From Felis catus (Eukaryota), in assembly GCF_018350175.1 (NCBI RefSeq), contig NC_058368.1, forward strand, positions 169,014,001 through 169,074,000: a DNA stretch of 60,000 nt. Reading direction: 5' to 3'. Each line of letters begins with the position of its first letter. The first letter of the stretch is position 1. The position numbers and the translations under genes were made by a program. Under the pieces are notes generated by a model, which saw only the letters and a list, made by a program, of their open reading frames with translations, did not search any database and was not told the DNA's origin. Positions 1-12,990 of this stretch are shown here, piece after piece.

Positions 1-2329
1 AAAACACAGTTTAATATATAGGACTAATTTTCAGTTTTGCAGCTGGGGCTTCCTTTGGGAGCCGTACTTGTAGAAATAAGTGCCTCAGTAATAATGGGTG
101 GAGAACTCCCCAACTGATGGGTACAAAGTTTGATGGAGAAGGTTATGAAGAGAAGAGAGACCAGTGGAACACTAGGAGTGAAATCAAGGATATGCTTGAA
201 AATGAGAAATGTAGGAAGATTTTTGTATTTATATTTACTTTATTCAAAGGAAAAATAAGGTAGATTCTGAAGTGGGAATGAGCAGCGGACTTGCAAAAGA
301 GTCTGGCTGCTCATCTCTTTTTTGGCTAATCTCTGATCCCATCACTATCAGCTCAGTAGTGGCTTTAGTATTGGCCAGTAGAAACTGGTCTCCAAGGTGT
401 CAACTCTGTTGCCAAAGACACTCCACCTTGCCCAACCGCAGTGTCCGGGCCCATTCTACAAGACGGTTTACAATTCTGTTTCTGTTATTGTGTGCAAAAT
501 TTTCCAAAGAGAAATACGCATCCTACTCTCCTTGCATTAAAACACTCACATACATTGTTTTAAAGCAGTTGATGACTTAGGCTTTTTCAGAAAATAGGTT
601 TTTCATATGCTTGTTATGCAAACGATTTCTGGGTTTTTTTGTGTTTTTTTGTTTGTTTTTAAGGGAGGGAGTTTGAAGAGTCACTTCTTAATGGTAAGGC
701 TCTTCTGTTATTTCAAATTCAAAAGTTGTAGCCATTGGGCATGGATTAAGTGGTACATGATTTGATTACATCAAATATCTGCTTCATTTACTATTTCCCC
801 CCACACTACCATTTTTGGCTTTATACTATGTTTTAGTCAGATATATAAGAAAACCCTAGGGCCTTAAAGAGGGCCTAAATGTTGCTAGTTATTTGTGGCT
901 CAGTACTGGCCAGAACCAGTGGGCATAGTTTCTGTACAAAACAAAAACAAAACACAAATATTTCTCTAACTCCTTTCCTATGTGAAGGATAAATCCTCAC
1001 TTTGTGTAATCATAGCTGCGAGCAGTAAATGATGTCTAGGGTAACGCATCAAGACAAGGAGAACCCTGGCTCGGCCTCCTGGCTGTTCCTAGTTTACCAC
1101 AGTATTTGCTCTAGAAGACAACATCTCCACAGAGCAAGATGCCCACTGTTATTCTTCCACATAGCAAAGAAAATTTACTCCTCTTTATTTCCTGCTGGAG
1201 TTGGATTTCCTATAACTGCTCTCTGTTCTCATATTATCCTTAATTAGCCTATCTCATATTATGTATGACTTTGTAAGACACCTCTGGTACACAACCAGAA
1301 GTTTGACTCTGTATCTTCAAGGAAGATTACTCGGCAGACATAAGTAGAACATTTCCATAACCTTTTGGCAGTCAGCAGTTTTTGCTGTTCTGTTCCTCTG
1401 CATGTGGTGAGATATAGCTATCTCTGATACCTCCTGTGAACGACAACACCAGCCTATTATGAGATTTCTCATCTCTGAGTTCCTATAGAATTTGCAGTCT
1501 GTAACACACAGGCTCATATAAGCTTGTTCTCTAGCAGTTTCATGCATGAAGAGGCAGGGATAACCAGTGTGTTTCCCAGACTCTGACTCAGGGCAATAGC
1601 AAGCTTAATAAAGAAAAGTATGGAGAAGAAGGGAGAAAGGTATATGTCTGCCTTACCTTCCAAATTAGATCCTCAGTGTCTCAGTCCAGAGATCATATCT
1701 GCTTTTCCTATCTTCTTTAAGACTTATTAGAACATTAGGCAAGCATCGAGTGTGCAGTACGTGTTGATTGCCTGAAGGCCTAAGGTTTTAATTCACAGAT
1801 TATGCCAGAAAGGCAGTATTTCCAGTCACTTGAACTTCACGCAACCCCAAAAAGGTAGAGTTTTCTGTAAATGTTACTGAAATGTTATTTACATTGATTG
1901 AAGGTATCTCTAAATTGGTTTTAGATTGATCCCTCACAGAACTGTAATCCTCATTTCAGAGGACAAACCTCTAAGGCAGTGGTATACTGAAGATAGTTAT
2001 GACAATGGAAGTATATGCAGTTGTAAAGTGTAGGCATTATTCTGAGGAAAGCATGAACACAGAAATTCTGTAAACGGCTAAGATGCTGCGGTGAATAAAA
2101 GATCATTCTAACCAAGACTAATGGCATTTTACCCCAAGCCTCAGCGGCCCACTAGGATTCAGAGATGTGCACTGATGCCATTGTAATTCTGTCAAAAATG
2201 AGCCAACCATACATTTGTGGATGTATTTCTTGACCTTCTGTTCCAATGAGCTATCATATCTTTGTGCATTTACTGAACAGTATTAAGACTTAAAATCAAT
2301 TTAGGTTAAGCCCTTCAACTCCGTACTTT

Positions 2330-2372
2330 TTAAAATTTATTTTGAGAGAGAAAGTATGAGTAGGGGAGGGGC

Positions 2373-2404
<32 letters not shown>

Positions 2405-2524
2405 TCCCAAGCAGACTCTGCACTGTCAAATCAGAGGCCGACGTGGGGTTCGAACCCACAAATCCCGAGATCATGACCTGAGCTGAAGTTGAATGTTTGA
2501 TGGAGTAAGCCACCCAGGCATCCC
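2330..2524 (-). mobile_element. CAN-SINE
   Basis: Reverse complement of tRNA-like head, (GA)n tract and poly-T. TSD caactc(c/t)gta(c/a)tttt. Confidence 0.92.
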
Positions 2525-2955
2525 CAACTCTGTAATTTTTAAAAATTATTTTGATTATTCTAGGACCTTTTATTTACATATTCATTTTAAAAGCAGCTTG
2601 TTTAATTTTACAAAGACATCTGCTAGAACAATGGTTCAGAGTGCATTAAATTTACAGATTTGCAGAAAATGACCATCCTAACAATATTGAGTCTTCTCAA
2701 TGAGCACAGTATGACTATCTTTCCATTGGTTTATTCACTGTTTTTTTCTCCATCAAGTTTTGTAGTTTTAAGTATAAGGGACTTGGTTGTCTTTTGCTAC
2801 ACTTATTTGTAGATATTTCAGTGGCGTTACTATAAATGGAATTTATTTTCCAATTATTTGCTGCTAGCATACAAGAATTTTGTATATTAACCTTTTATCT
2901 TGCAACCTTGCTAAATTCATTTATTCTAATTCTTGGTATGTAAATTCCCTAAGAT

Positions 2956-4115
2956 TTTTTTTAAATTTGTATTTAAATTCCAGTTAGTTCACATGCAGTT
3001 TAATGTTAGTCTCAGGCACACAATACAGATTCAACACTTCCATACAGCACAGTGCTCATCACAAGTGCACTCCTTAATCCCCATCACCTATTTCCATCCC
3101 ACCCACCCCACATACCTCCCCTCTGGTAACCATCAGTTTGTTCTCTGTAGTTAAGAGTCTGTTTCTTGGTTTGCCTCACTCCCTTTTTTTCCCCCCTTTG
3201 TTCATTTGTTTTGCTTCTTAAATTCCACATATGAATGAAATCATATGGTATTTGTCTTTCTCTGACTTAACTTCACTTAGCATAATACTCTTTAGCTCCA
3301 TCCACATTGTTGCAAATGGCAAGATTTCATTTTTTATAGCTGAGTAATATTCCATTATATAATAATATACATTATGTGTGGTGTGTGTGTGTGTGTGTGT
3401 GTGTATGCGCCACATATTCTTTATTCATTCATCAGTCAGTGGACACTTGAATTGTTTCTGTAATTTAACTATTATAGATAATGCTACTTTAAATGTTAGG
3501 GTACATGTATCCTTTTGAATTAGTATTTTTGTATCCATTTGGGTAAATTCCTAATAGTGCAATTACTGGATCTTAGGGTAGTTCTATTTTTAACTTTTTG
3601 AGGAAACTCTGTGCTATTTTCCACAGTGGCTGCATCAGTTTGCATCCCCACCAACAGTACAAGAGGGTTCCCCTTTCTCCACATCCTCACCTGCACCCGT
3701 TTAGTGTATTGTTGATTTTAACCATTCTGACAGGTGTGAGGTGATAGTTCATTGTAGTTTTGATTCATATTTCCCTGATGATGAGTGATATTGAGCATCT
3801 TTGATGTCTTCTTTGGAGAAATGTCTGTTCATGTTTTCTGCCTATTTTTAATTAGATTATTAGTTTTGGGGGTATTGAGTTTTATACATTTTGGATACTA
3901 ACTCTTCTTTAGATAAGTCATTTGCAAATATCTTCTCCCATTCTGTAGGTTGCCTTTTAATCTCGCTGATTGTTTCCTTCACTGTGTAGAAGTTTTATTT
4001 TGATGAAGTCCCAATCATTTAGTTTTGCTTTTGTTTCCCTTGTCTCAGGAGACATATCTACAAAGAAGTTGCTACAGCCAATGTCAAAGAGGTTACTGCC
4101 TGTGTTTTCCTCTAG
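2956..4115 (-). mobile_element. 5'-truncated carnivore L1 (ORF2 3' end plus 3' UTR) nested in the older L1
   Basis: Minus-strand ORFs show L1 motifs (MEYYSAIKNEILPFATMWMEL, LEENTGSNLFDIG). Flanking direct repeat cctaagatttt / cctgagatttt. Confidence 0.88.
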
Positions 4116-7049
4116 CCTGAGATTTTCTATAGAAAAAAAAATTATGTTTGTAAATAGTGCCAATAGGGCTAGTTTTACTTCTGTGTGATATTTGTGGCTT
4201 TTTTTTTTTTTTGCTTCCATGCCTTATTTCAAAGCCTAGGACCTCAAGAATAGAGGTCCGTTTGAATAGAAGTGGTGAAAGCGGGCATTTTTGCCTTGAT
4301 CTCAAGGAGGAGCAATTTCGTCTTTCACCATTAAGTATGATATGGTGGTTGAATTTTTTGTAGATGCTCTTTGTCAGGTTGAGGAAGCTCTTTAGTCTTT
4401 CCAGTTTGCTGAACATTTTATCATTAGCAAATACTGAATGCTGTCAAATGCTTCTTCTGTATCAATTGGAATGATCATGGGGTTTTCTTCCCTATATTCT
4501 GTCAATCTAGTGAATTACGTTAATTTTCATATGTTAAACCAACCTTGCCTTATTGGATAAGCCCTGCTTGGTCATGACATGTTATCTTTTTTATATATAT
4601 TACTGGATTTGATTTGACATTATTTTGTTTCTGGCATCATGAGAGTATTTTTCTATAATTTCTTTGATAGAATCTTTTCCAGGTTTTGTATTATAGTTCT
4701 AGTGGTCTCATAAAATCATTTAAAGAATACTCTCTATTTTTTTTGGAAAGGTTTCCATAATTTTGTTATTTCTTCCCTGAATGTACGATAGAACTTATTA
4801 ATCAACCCATCTGAGTTGGATTTGCTTTCTGGGAATATCTTTGGATACCAAATTTATATTTGTAAATATAGAACTGTTATTATCTATATCTTATTCTGTC
4901 TATAGAATCAGTAGTAATAACCACTTTTTAGTCTACTGATATTTTGAATATTTGATTTTTTGACTATTATAATGTTTGAATATTTTTTTACCATTCTGTT
5001 TAATTTGATCTCTTGATGTTTTAGCTTTATCTCTTTACACCTTTTTTAGGAGTTACTCTATAGATTACAACGCATACATCTAACCTTCCACAGACTACTT
5101 AGAGCTAATATTGTATCACTTCATGTAAAATGTAGAAAATTTGCAACCGTATGGGTCCTTTTGCTAACATCCAACCTTTATCTGGTAGTTGTCCTATGTG
5201 TAACATTTACATACATTGAAAACCTGGTCAGATAATGCTATAATATTCATTTCCAATATTCAGTCACATTTTAAAGAATTTAAAAGGGAAAAATCTATAT
5301 TTGCCCACAAATTTACCATTCCTGTTGTGTTTCCTTCCATCCTGATATTTCAGATTTCTTGCATTTCCCTGTAGCCTGAAACACTGCTTGTAGTGTTTCT
5401 GGTAGAGTAGATTTGCTGTTAATGAGTTCTCTCTGCTTTCTTTCATATGACAATGTCTTTATTCTGCCTTCATTTCTGTAGGGTATTTTTGCTAGCTATG
5501 GAATTCTGGGTTGACAAAGACATCTGCTAGAATTTTGATTGGGTGTACATTAAATCTATAGATCAATTGGGAAGAATTGCCATCTTAAGAAATGAAAGAT
5601 GTTATTTCACTGCCTTTTGCCCCCATAATTTTTTTTTTAGAAATATGTGATTATTTGAATCATTTTCTGTAGCAAACGTGTCATATTCTCTATCAGCTTT
5701 TAAGAGGGTTTCTTTTCTTTGGATTTTAGCAGCTTGATTAGGGTATGTGTATATGTTTTTTTTTTTCCTTTGATTTTTATCCTGTTTGGAGCTCACAGAG
5801 ATTCTTGAATATGCAAATTTAATTCTTTTAACTAAATAGGGGAATTCTTTAGTCACCATTTCTTTAAACTGATTTTCTGCCTCAGTCTCTTTGTTCCTGT
5901 ACTACTGGGACTCCAATAACATGTATTTCAGTCTTTTGATATTGTATAGGTCCCTGATTCTCTTTTCATTTTTTTCTATTTTCCTCTCTTTGTGTCCTTC
6001 AGCTGGGGTATTTTGTACTGGTTTATCTCCAAGTTTACTGACTCTTTCTCTGTTGTCACCAGTATCCTTTTGATCCTATGTAGGGATTTTTCATTTCAGA
6101 TACTTATTTTTAAGTTTCTATATTTCTATAGTTTTTACAGTTTTTATTGTCTACTGAGATTGTCTGCTTTTCTATTAATTTCAAATGTGTTTTCATTTGT
6201 TTTATGGAGTATAGTTACAATAGCTGCTTTATATCTGGTTACTATCATGTTGGCATTTGTTGATTGCTTTTCCCTTTAGAATTGATCACATTTTTCTTCT
6301 TTTCTGTATGTTTAGCAATTTTGAATTGTGCCCTAGATACTGTGAATGTTACATTGTGTGCGCTCAAAATCCCTGTTATAATTCTGCAGGAGATTGTTGA
6401 TTTTTTTTGTTTTGGCAGGCAATCAACTCAGGGTCAGATTGCAAATTCTGTCTCTTAATGATTCAAATCACAATTACTGCCTCAAAGCCTGTGTTTTGGT
6501 TTGCCCTGTGTGAGACATTTACGAATGACTTTGAGACATGGGCAGTGGTTTAAATGAGTTTAGTTCTCTAAATGGGCTCAGGTCTGCCCATCAAATGTGC
6601 TGCTTAGGGCTCAGCCTGAGACTTGTGTGGGTTCAAACATGGAACCAGGTAATCCTCTTCTCTTGGTTGTTTGACCTCTATGATTTTCCCTACACTTCCA
6701 AGGACCTCTTTTCCTAGTTCCTCAGGGCACAAATATGTGCTTTCTATTACTTTTCAGACACTGATGTTGCCTACCTTGTAATACTGTGTGACTGGAGGCC
6801 ACATCAGGAGAAAGCTACAAGAGAAATGAGGGGAAGCCTACAAAACAACAGACCAAATGATGGCGTGCTCTAGGGCTTAGTCCCTGAACACCTCTATTTC
6901 CTCTCTACACTCAGTCTCTAGGTGAAAGCATTCTCTAATTCCAGTAGGGACCCAGACCCCTTATCTCCTGATGCTTTCCCAACGTCAGTATGCTTCCTTT
7001 TTGTATTAGCAGGAGGGAGAAATATAATGAGAATTCCTCCTTTTAAAGA

Positions 7050-7245
7050 CATTTCTTAGATATTTTGGACATCTCTTCTGCTTGCATCTCATTGTCCAGA
7101 ACTTAGATAATGGCCACATCTCATTGCAGGAGAAGTTGGAAAATACAGGAGTTTTTAGATGGATGACAATAGATTCAGCTAAAATTGGGATTCTTTTACT
7201 AAAAAAGAGGAGGAAATGGACAGTAGGAGGCAACTGGCTGGCTCC
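7050..7245 (-). mobile_element. MaLR LTR fragment (MLT1J-like)
   Basis: cttctgcttgcatctcattgtccagaacttag..atggccacatc..gcagg resembles the reverse complement of MLT1 LTR consensus as I recall it. Confidence 0.6.
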
Positions 7246-7269
7246 ACCAAACGTTGTGAATCTAGTCCT

Positions 7270-8370
7270 CAGCCCTCCCACTAACCTTCCCCATTTCAGT
7301 ACTTGTCAGTTCCATCTTTCCAGGTGCTCAGGCCAAAATATCTTGAAGTCATCATGATTCTTTTTTTCTCCTATTCTACACCCAATCTATCAGCAAATCC
7401 TATTGATTGTACTTTTCAAATATATCTCAAATCTGACTGACTCCATCTTAGTGTAGGCTATTGTTGCTTCTCCCAGACTTCTGAAATAGTCTCCTCTCTG
7501 GTTCTGCCAGTCCATTCTCCCCACAATAGGATATAGTCCTTCAAAATGTAAGTCAGATCACATCATTCCTATGTACAGAACTCTCTGGTTACCTCCTAGC
7601 TTATTGTGAATAAAATCCAAGGAACTTAACTATGAAAAAGCTAAACATCATCTGGTCCTGGCTAACCCCCTGATTAAATTTACTAGTGTCTCCCTGTAAC
7701 TCATTCCACACCAGCTATACTGACTTCCTTAATGTTCCTTGAATATACCAAGCATGCACCAATTTCAAGGTCTTTGTATCTATCGCATCTTGAATGCTTT
7801 TCTAGATATCCCCGTGGCTTCCTTCTTAACTTCTTTCACGTCTTTGATCAAATATCACATTATCAGAGACCTTCCTAACAGCCTGTCTAAAATAGGATTC
7901 CCTCTGGGGCGCCTGGGTGGCTCATTCGGTTGAGCATCCGACTTCAGCTCAGGTCATGATATCACGGTTCATGAGTTCAGGCCCCGCATTGGGCTCTGTG
8001 CTGACAGCTCAGAGCCTGGAGCCTACTTCCGATTCTGTGTCTCCCTCTCTCTCTGCCCCTCCCCCACATGCGCACTGTCTCTCTCTGCCTCTCAGAAATA
8101 AAGAAAACTAATTTAAAAAATTAAAATAGGATTCACTCTAGTAAATCTCTCCCTTTATAAAACTTTTTTTCTTAATACTCAGCACCATTTGACATATTAT
8201 CTGATTTTCTTTGTGTGTATATGTATATATTTGGACATACATATACCTTCTCTACATATATACATATATAAAAATGTATAAACATTTAGGTACATATAGG
8301 GATTTGATTATTGAAGGGCTTCTCACTAGAATTAGAGACTTCATCTGTTATGCTCAATGCTGTCTTCTTT
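7270..8370 (+). mobile_element. L2 fragment, interrupted by a CAN-SINE
   Basis: ccatctttccaggtgctcaggccaaaa..caatctatcagcaaatcctatt..aaatgtaagtcagatcacatcattcct are typical L2a motifs. Confidence 0.75.
7906..8122 (+). mobile_element. CAN-SINE (SINEC_Fc-like)
   Basis: ggggcgcctgggtggctca head, CT tract, A tail. TSD aaaataggattc(c/a)ctct. Confidence 0.95.
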
Positions 8371-8374
8371 AGCA

Positions 8375-8650
8375 GTTAAGGGTGGTCAAGACAGACTTCT
8401 ATGAGAAGAGGGCAGTTGAGCTAAGAATGAATGAAGAGGAGTCAGCTATGCTACAACCTAGAAGGAAAACATTCCACAGGAAGGGAACAGCTATCTGCAA
8501 GGCCCTGTGGTGGAAATAAGCTTGTCATGTTTCAGGGACTTGTCCTGCATTTAAGGACAAAAAGAAGCCCAGTATGGGTAGAATTTAGAAATTATGTAGA
8601 ATGGAACAAGATGCGGTGGAAGAGACAGAGCCAGATCATGCAGAGTTTTG
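8375..8650 (-). mobile_element. L2 fragment
   Basis: Purine-rich ggaaaacattccacaggaagggaacagctatctgcaaggccctgtggtgg..agccagatcatgcagag motif. Confidence 0.7.
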
Positions 8651-8749
8651 GCTGTCCCCAATGCAGTCCAGTCAGAAGAGAAAGAGTCCCCAGCCTGTCT
8701 TGGCGCCTCAGCCATTCTCTACATTTTGGGAAGCTCTAAGGCTACAACA

Positions 8750-8945
8750 ACCAAAGGCTATCTAATGACATACAGCTATTTAAATTTAATTCACTGAAAG
8801 TAAATTTAAAAATTCAGTTTCTCGATCACTCAAGTTTCATTCCAAGCGTTCAATAGTCACACATGGCTAATGACTACCTATCGGGCAGCACAGCACAGAT
8901 AGAGAATATTTCATCATCACAGAAAGTTATGTAAAACAGTCCAAT
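8750..8945 (-). mobile_element. MER3-like hAT-Charlie DNA transposon relic
   Basis: aaaattcagtttctc..caatagtcacacatggctaatgactacc..cagatagagaatatttcatcatcacagaaagtt. Confidence 0.7.
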
Positions 8946-9253
8946 GAGAAATAATGCCAAGTTTGCTTAGCCTCTCCTGTGATTTTTCTCTTAACCCTAG
9001 AATCCATGTTTTTCTATTTAATGGAAATATATGCAGTGCCTAGCAAATTAGCATGGGGCCTGTTCCCTATGCAAATACTCTCACTGGTGATTTTTTCCTA
9101 TGACAGAAAATATGAGAAGGACTGGTAAATCACAAGCATTCTTAACCTCATTATAAATACATTGCAAATGTAAAAAATGCAAAGTGTGGAAGTCATAAAT
9201 GTGAAAGCAGCTTTCAATTTGTTTTAATAGGTATTTTCCATGTCTTATTGTAA

Positions 9254-9493
<240 letters not shown>

Positions 9494-9635
9494 TAAAGCA
9501 GAGCCCAAGTTAGAATGATTTGAAAATCAACACAACAATATTTAAGTGTTCATATTTTGTACTTACACATGGGCAGAAACCTAATTCATTGACCTTATTG
9601 ATCAAATTTCTATATGTAAGATTGCTAGATTTAAG

Positions 9636-9844
9636 CTTTTTTTTTTAACATTTATTCATTTTTTGAGAGACAGAGAGCACAAGCAGGGGAGGGGCAGAGA
9701 GAGGGGGAAACACAGAATCCGAAGCAGGCTCCAGGCTCCCAGCTGTGAGCACGGAGCCCGATGAGGGGCTTGAACTCATGAGATATGAGATCATGACCTG
9801 AGCCAAAGTCAGATGCTTAACCGACTGAGCCACCCAGGCGCCCC
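9636..9844 (-). mobile_element. CAN-SINE (SINEC_Fc-like)
   Basis: Perfect 16-bp TSD agattgctagatttaa at 9619-9634 and 9847-9862. Confidence 0.95.
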
Positions 9845-10373
9845 TCAGATTGCTAGATTTAAAAGATGGATGTACTTATAAGCACTTTTAAATATGACTA
9901 TATATCTGAGGGTTTTTTAATCCAAGAAAAAATGATTTTTATGTTCACTGTATAATTTAACTGTTAAAGTGTTGTTGTGGCTCTGGACCACTGCTTTCAG
10001 ATGTCTTGTAATTGGTCCAATAACCTCATCTAATAATAGGTTTTAAAATTTGTTAAGTCTATAGTTTCTCACTCTGAAAACTGCCTTGGTTTCTTTGCAT
10101 TTTAGTCTCTGGAACTTGTATAAATGTTGGAGGGAGAGAGAGGAGTTACATTTTAAAACAGCAGGGATTTTTTTGTATGCCATTATAATGGAAAAAATTC
10201 AGGTTGTGTTATCTGTGGTTGGGATAAACTGGGCTGTAACAAGATGGGTAACAGTTCAGAATTAAAAGGAGAGAGACTGTGCTATAAGTGAAGTTATAAA
10301 TTACATTTTCATTAAGGGAAGCAGCATGTGAGCCACGGGTTGGTGAATGGGTATGTTTTGAATTGAAATATCA

Positions 10374-10586
10374 GGGGCGCCTGGGTGGCTCAGTCGGTTA
10401 AGCGTCCGACTTCAGCTCAGGTCACGATCTCGCGGTCCGTGAGTTCGAGCCCCGGGTCGGGCTCTGGGCTGATGGCTCAGAGCCTGGAGCCTGCTTTAGA
10501 TTCTGTGTCTCCCTCTCTCTCTGCCCCTCCCCCGTTCATGCTCTGTCTCTCTCTGTCCCAAAAATAAATAAACGTTAAAAAAAAAA
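10374..10586 (+). mobile_element. Young CAN-SINE (SINEC_Fc-like)
   Basis: CpG-rich body. Perfect 15-bp TSD tgaattgaaatatca at 10359-10373 and 10587-10601. Confidence 0.96.
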
Positions 10587-10694
10587 TGAATTGAAATATC
10601 ATAAAATGACTCTTTATTGATTTAAAATGAAAATTTACTTCATCATGAAAAATGAGGCATTTATAAATGCCTTAATTTAATGCCTAAGTTAAAA

Positions 10695-11232
10695 ACAAAG
10701 CTTTTAAGTGAGCTAAAATTTTATATTATATAAAATTAACCATTTTAAAGTGAATAATTTAGTGGTATTTAGTACTGTTTAGAATGTTACACAACCACTA
10801 CTTCCTTCTAATTCCAACATTTTCATCACTCTGAAGTAATACCCTTTGCCTATTTACTCCCCATTCCTCCTTTCCCTGCAGCAACTGGCTACCACATGTC
10901 TACTTTTTTATTGCTATGAATTTACCTATACTGCATATTTCGTGTAAAAGGAATACTATACGTGACCTTTTGTGTGTGGCTTCTTTTACTTTCATGTTTT
11001 TGAGGTTCATCGATGTTGTAGCATGTGTAATTAACTTCTTTCTTTTTTATGGCTGAATATTCCATTGTATATATTGATAATTTGTTTTCCATTCATATGT
11101 TGATTCATATTTGAGCACTTTTCACCTTTGGCTACTGTGAATAGTGCTGCTATGAACATTTGTGTATGAGGATTTGAGTACCTGCTATTAGTTGTTCTGG
11201 ATATACACTAAGAGTCATACGGTAACTCTAGG
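10695..11232 (-). mobile_element. L1MB-like 3' end fragment
   Basis: aaaattaaccattttaaagtgaataatttagtggtatttagtac..tttttatggctgaatattccattg..tgtgaatagtgctgctatgaacatt. Confidence 0.8.
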
Positions 11233-12799
11233 ATTGGTTTGGATGTTAGATGGGGCTGCTTCAGACACTAGGATCTGTTTTGTGTTTTGGATACTCATGA
11301 TACTATGCAGTATATGTTGTATGTGGTTGTCATTGTGAGCAATTGACTAAGTTGTTCTAGTTCCCAATAATGAACTAGAAACTTAACTTCAAAACTTAAC
11401 ACTAGGATGCTAATCCTCACTCTAATTTGTCTTCCCAAGTGCTAGCAAGATAAATTTTTATATGATTACAGACTAATTCCACCATTCCACAGAATATAGA
11501 GAAAATGGCAGCCCTGCTATTTTCCACAGTGATATTATTCTAAGATTATATTCCTATGAATAACAATCACGGGATAAAAGATTTTAACTTGTTACTTATG
11601 CAGAGGTTTTCTTTAAAGGACAAAACATGGTTAACCCCTTCTCATCGATTCTTATAGCATCCCTACAAAGGGGCTGGAACTGGACTTGGGAGACCCTGAA
11701 ATTTAGCTCTCTAAAATTTGTTTTAACCCTGTTGGCCAGATCTTCTTCACTGCCTTTGAAAGTCCTCTTCCTGTTAAGCAATTAGGCCAAGTAAAATTCT
11801 GCCTTTCAATCAAAATGTATTTTAGTTGAATTTCAAGGTGACTGAAGTATTTACAAATCAAAATTCTATTTTCAAATAGCTCTTAGAACCTGACCTACAG
11901 CATTGGAAATAATAAAAGAGGTGTGAAGATCTTTGGTTGGCAATGAGGGAGATTTTTTTGGCAGTCTTTAATATCAACTTAATACAATGCAGAACAATTT
12001 ACATGACAATGGAGGAGAGATTTTTAACAGTAGATGAGAAAGAAGTCTGGAATACTTATTACCAAACCCAGTAAGGGAGTCCTTCAGAGTTTAACAAGAG
12101 GGAAAAATATAAGAATCTATTGAAAAACTTCTTATGTTTCTTTCGTGTTTTATGCAATTACTCGTTTATGATTGGTAGTAAAAACTTGCCTCCTTTCCAA
12201 GGGTCTTATTTCCCACTGATTATTTTTCTTCACTCTTGCCTCAGAGTAGCTGAAATACTGCACAAGTCTTTCATGACATGTGGGAGCAAGGTTGATGGTA
12301 AAATCTTTCAGTCTAAGGAACCTCTCAGAAATTTTGCTTTACAGCCATAGAGTTAAACATACTTTCACCATTATTTTGTCATTAGTGTTGCTGTCATTTA
12401 ATTTTTTAAAAAAATGACAAATATCCTTGTTGTTTCTAAATCGAGCAATAGTAAAGGGCTTACAGTGACATGGATGCCCCTCTCCCACCCATCTCTAGCC
12501 ACACAACACATAATTGCATATATATATATATATCCCCCCACCCTTACTAAACACAGAGTGGTAGCATATTCAGTAGCCTTTTCAGCACATGTTGCTACCA
12601 TCCTCAATATAGCTGTTACCAAAAGTACTTTGAAAAGGGCAAATAGTGTATGCCTCTTCAACTAAGAAATAATCAAAAAAAGAAAATTGCAAAAGACATT
12701 TTTTCATTTGTCACTGAAGAATGTGGGGCTGCTGCATCCTCTAATTGAATTAGCATGACATAAATAAGTACTCTGAAATGAGAGGGAGGCAAGGTTTAC

Positions 12800-12990
12800 A
12801 GTGAAAAGAGTCCTGGATCAACCACCAGGGCCAGACTCCTACTAGTTACGTCATTAGTTGCACGACCTTAGCAAGTCATCTACCTCTCTGCACCTATGAT
12901 TTCTAATTTGCAAGATGAGAAGATAGTAAGGGTATTTGTGAGGTTCAAATGAGATGGAAAAGTAGCAAAATCCTGTACAATTGCAAGTTA
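12800..12990 (+). mobile_element. MIR relic
   Basis: Core-like gaccttagcaagtcatctacctctctgcacct..gtatttgtgaggttcaaatgagat. Confidence 0.65.

Larger units (their letters stand above)
2195..6460 (-). mobile_element. Old, decayed L1 (L1M-type), antisense to FER, interrupted by a SINE and a younger L1
   Basis: T-rich reverse-complement L1 ORF2 and ORF1 motifs, e.g. ttgaatagaagtggtgaaagcgggcatttttgccttg and tttgtcaggttgaggaag. Confidence 0.8.

Noticed and set aside
7906..8000. tRNA genes at SINE heads
   Set aside because: The A/B boxes belong to CAN-SINEs with CT tracts, A tails and TSDs.
10655..10672. Perfect 18-bp palindrome aggcatttataaatgcct
   Set aside because: A 9-bp arm is expected by chance in 60 kb of AT-rich sequence.
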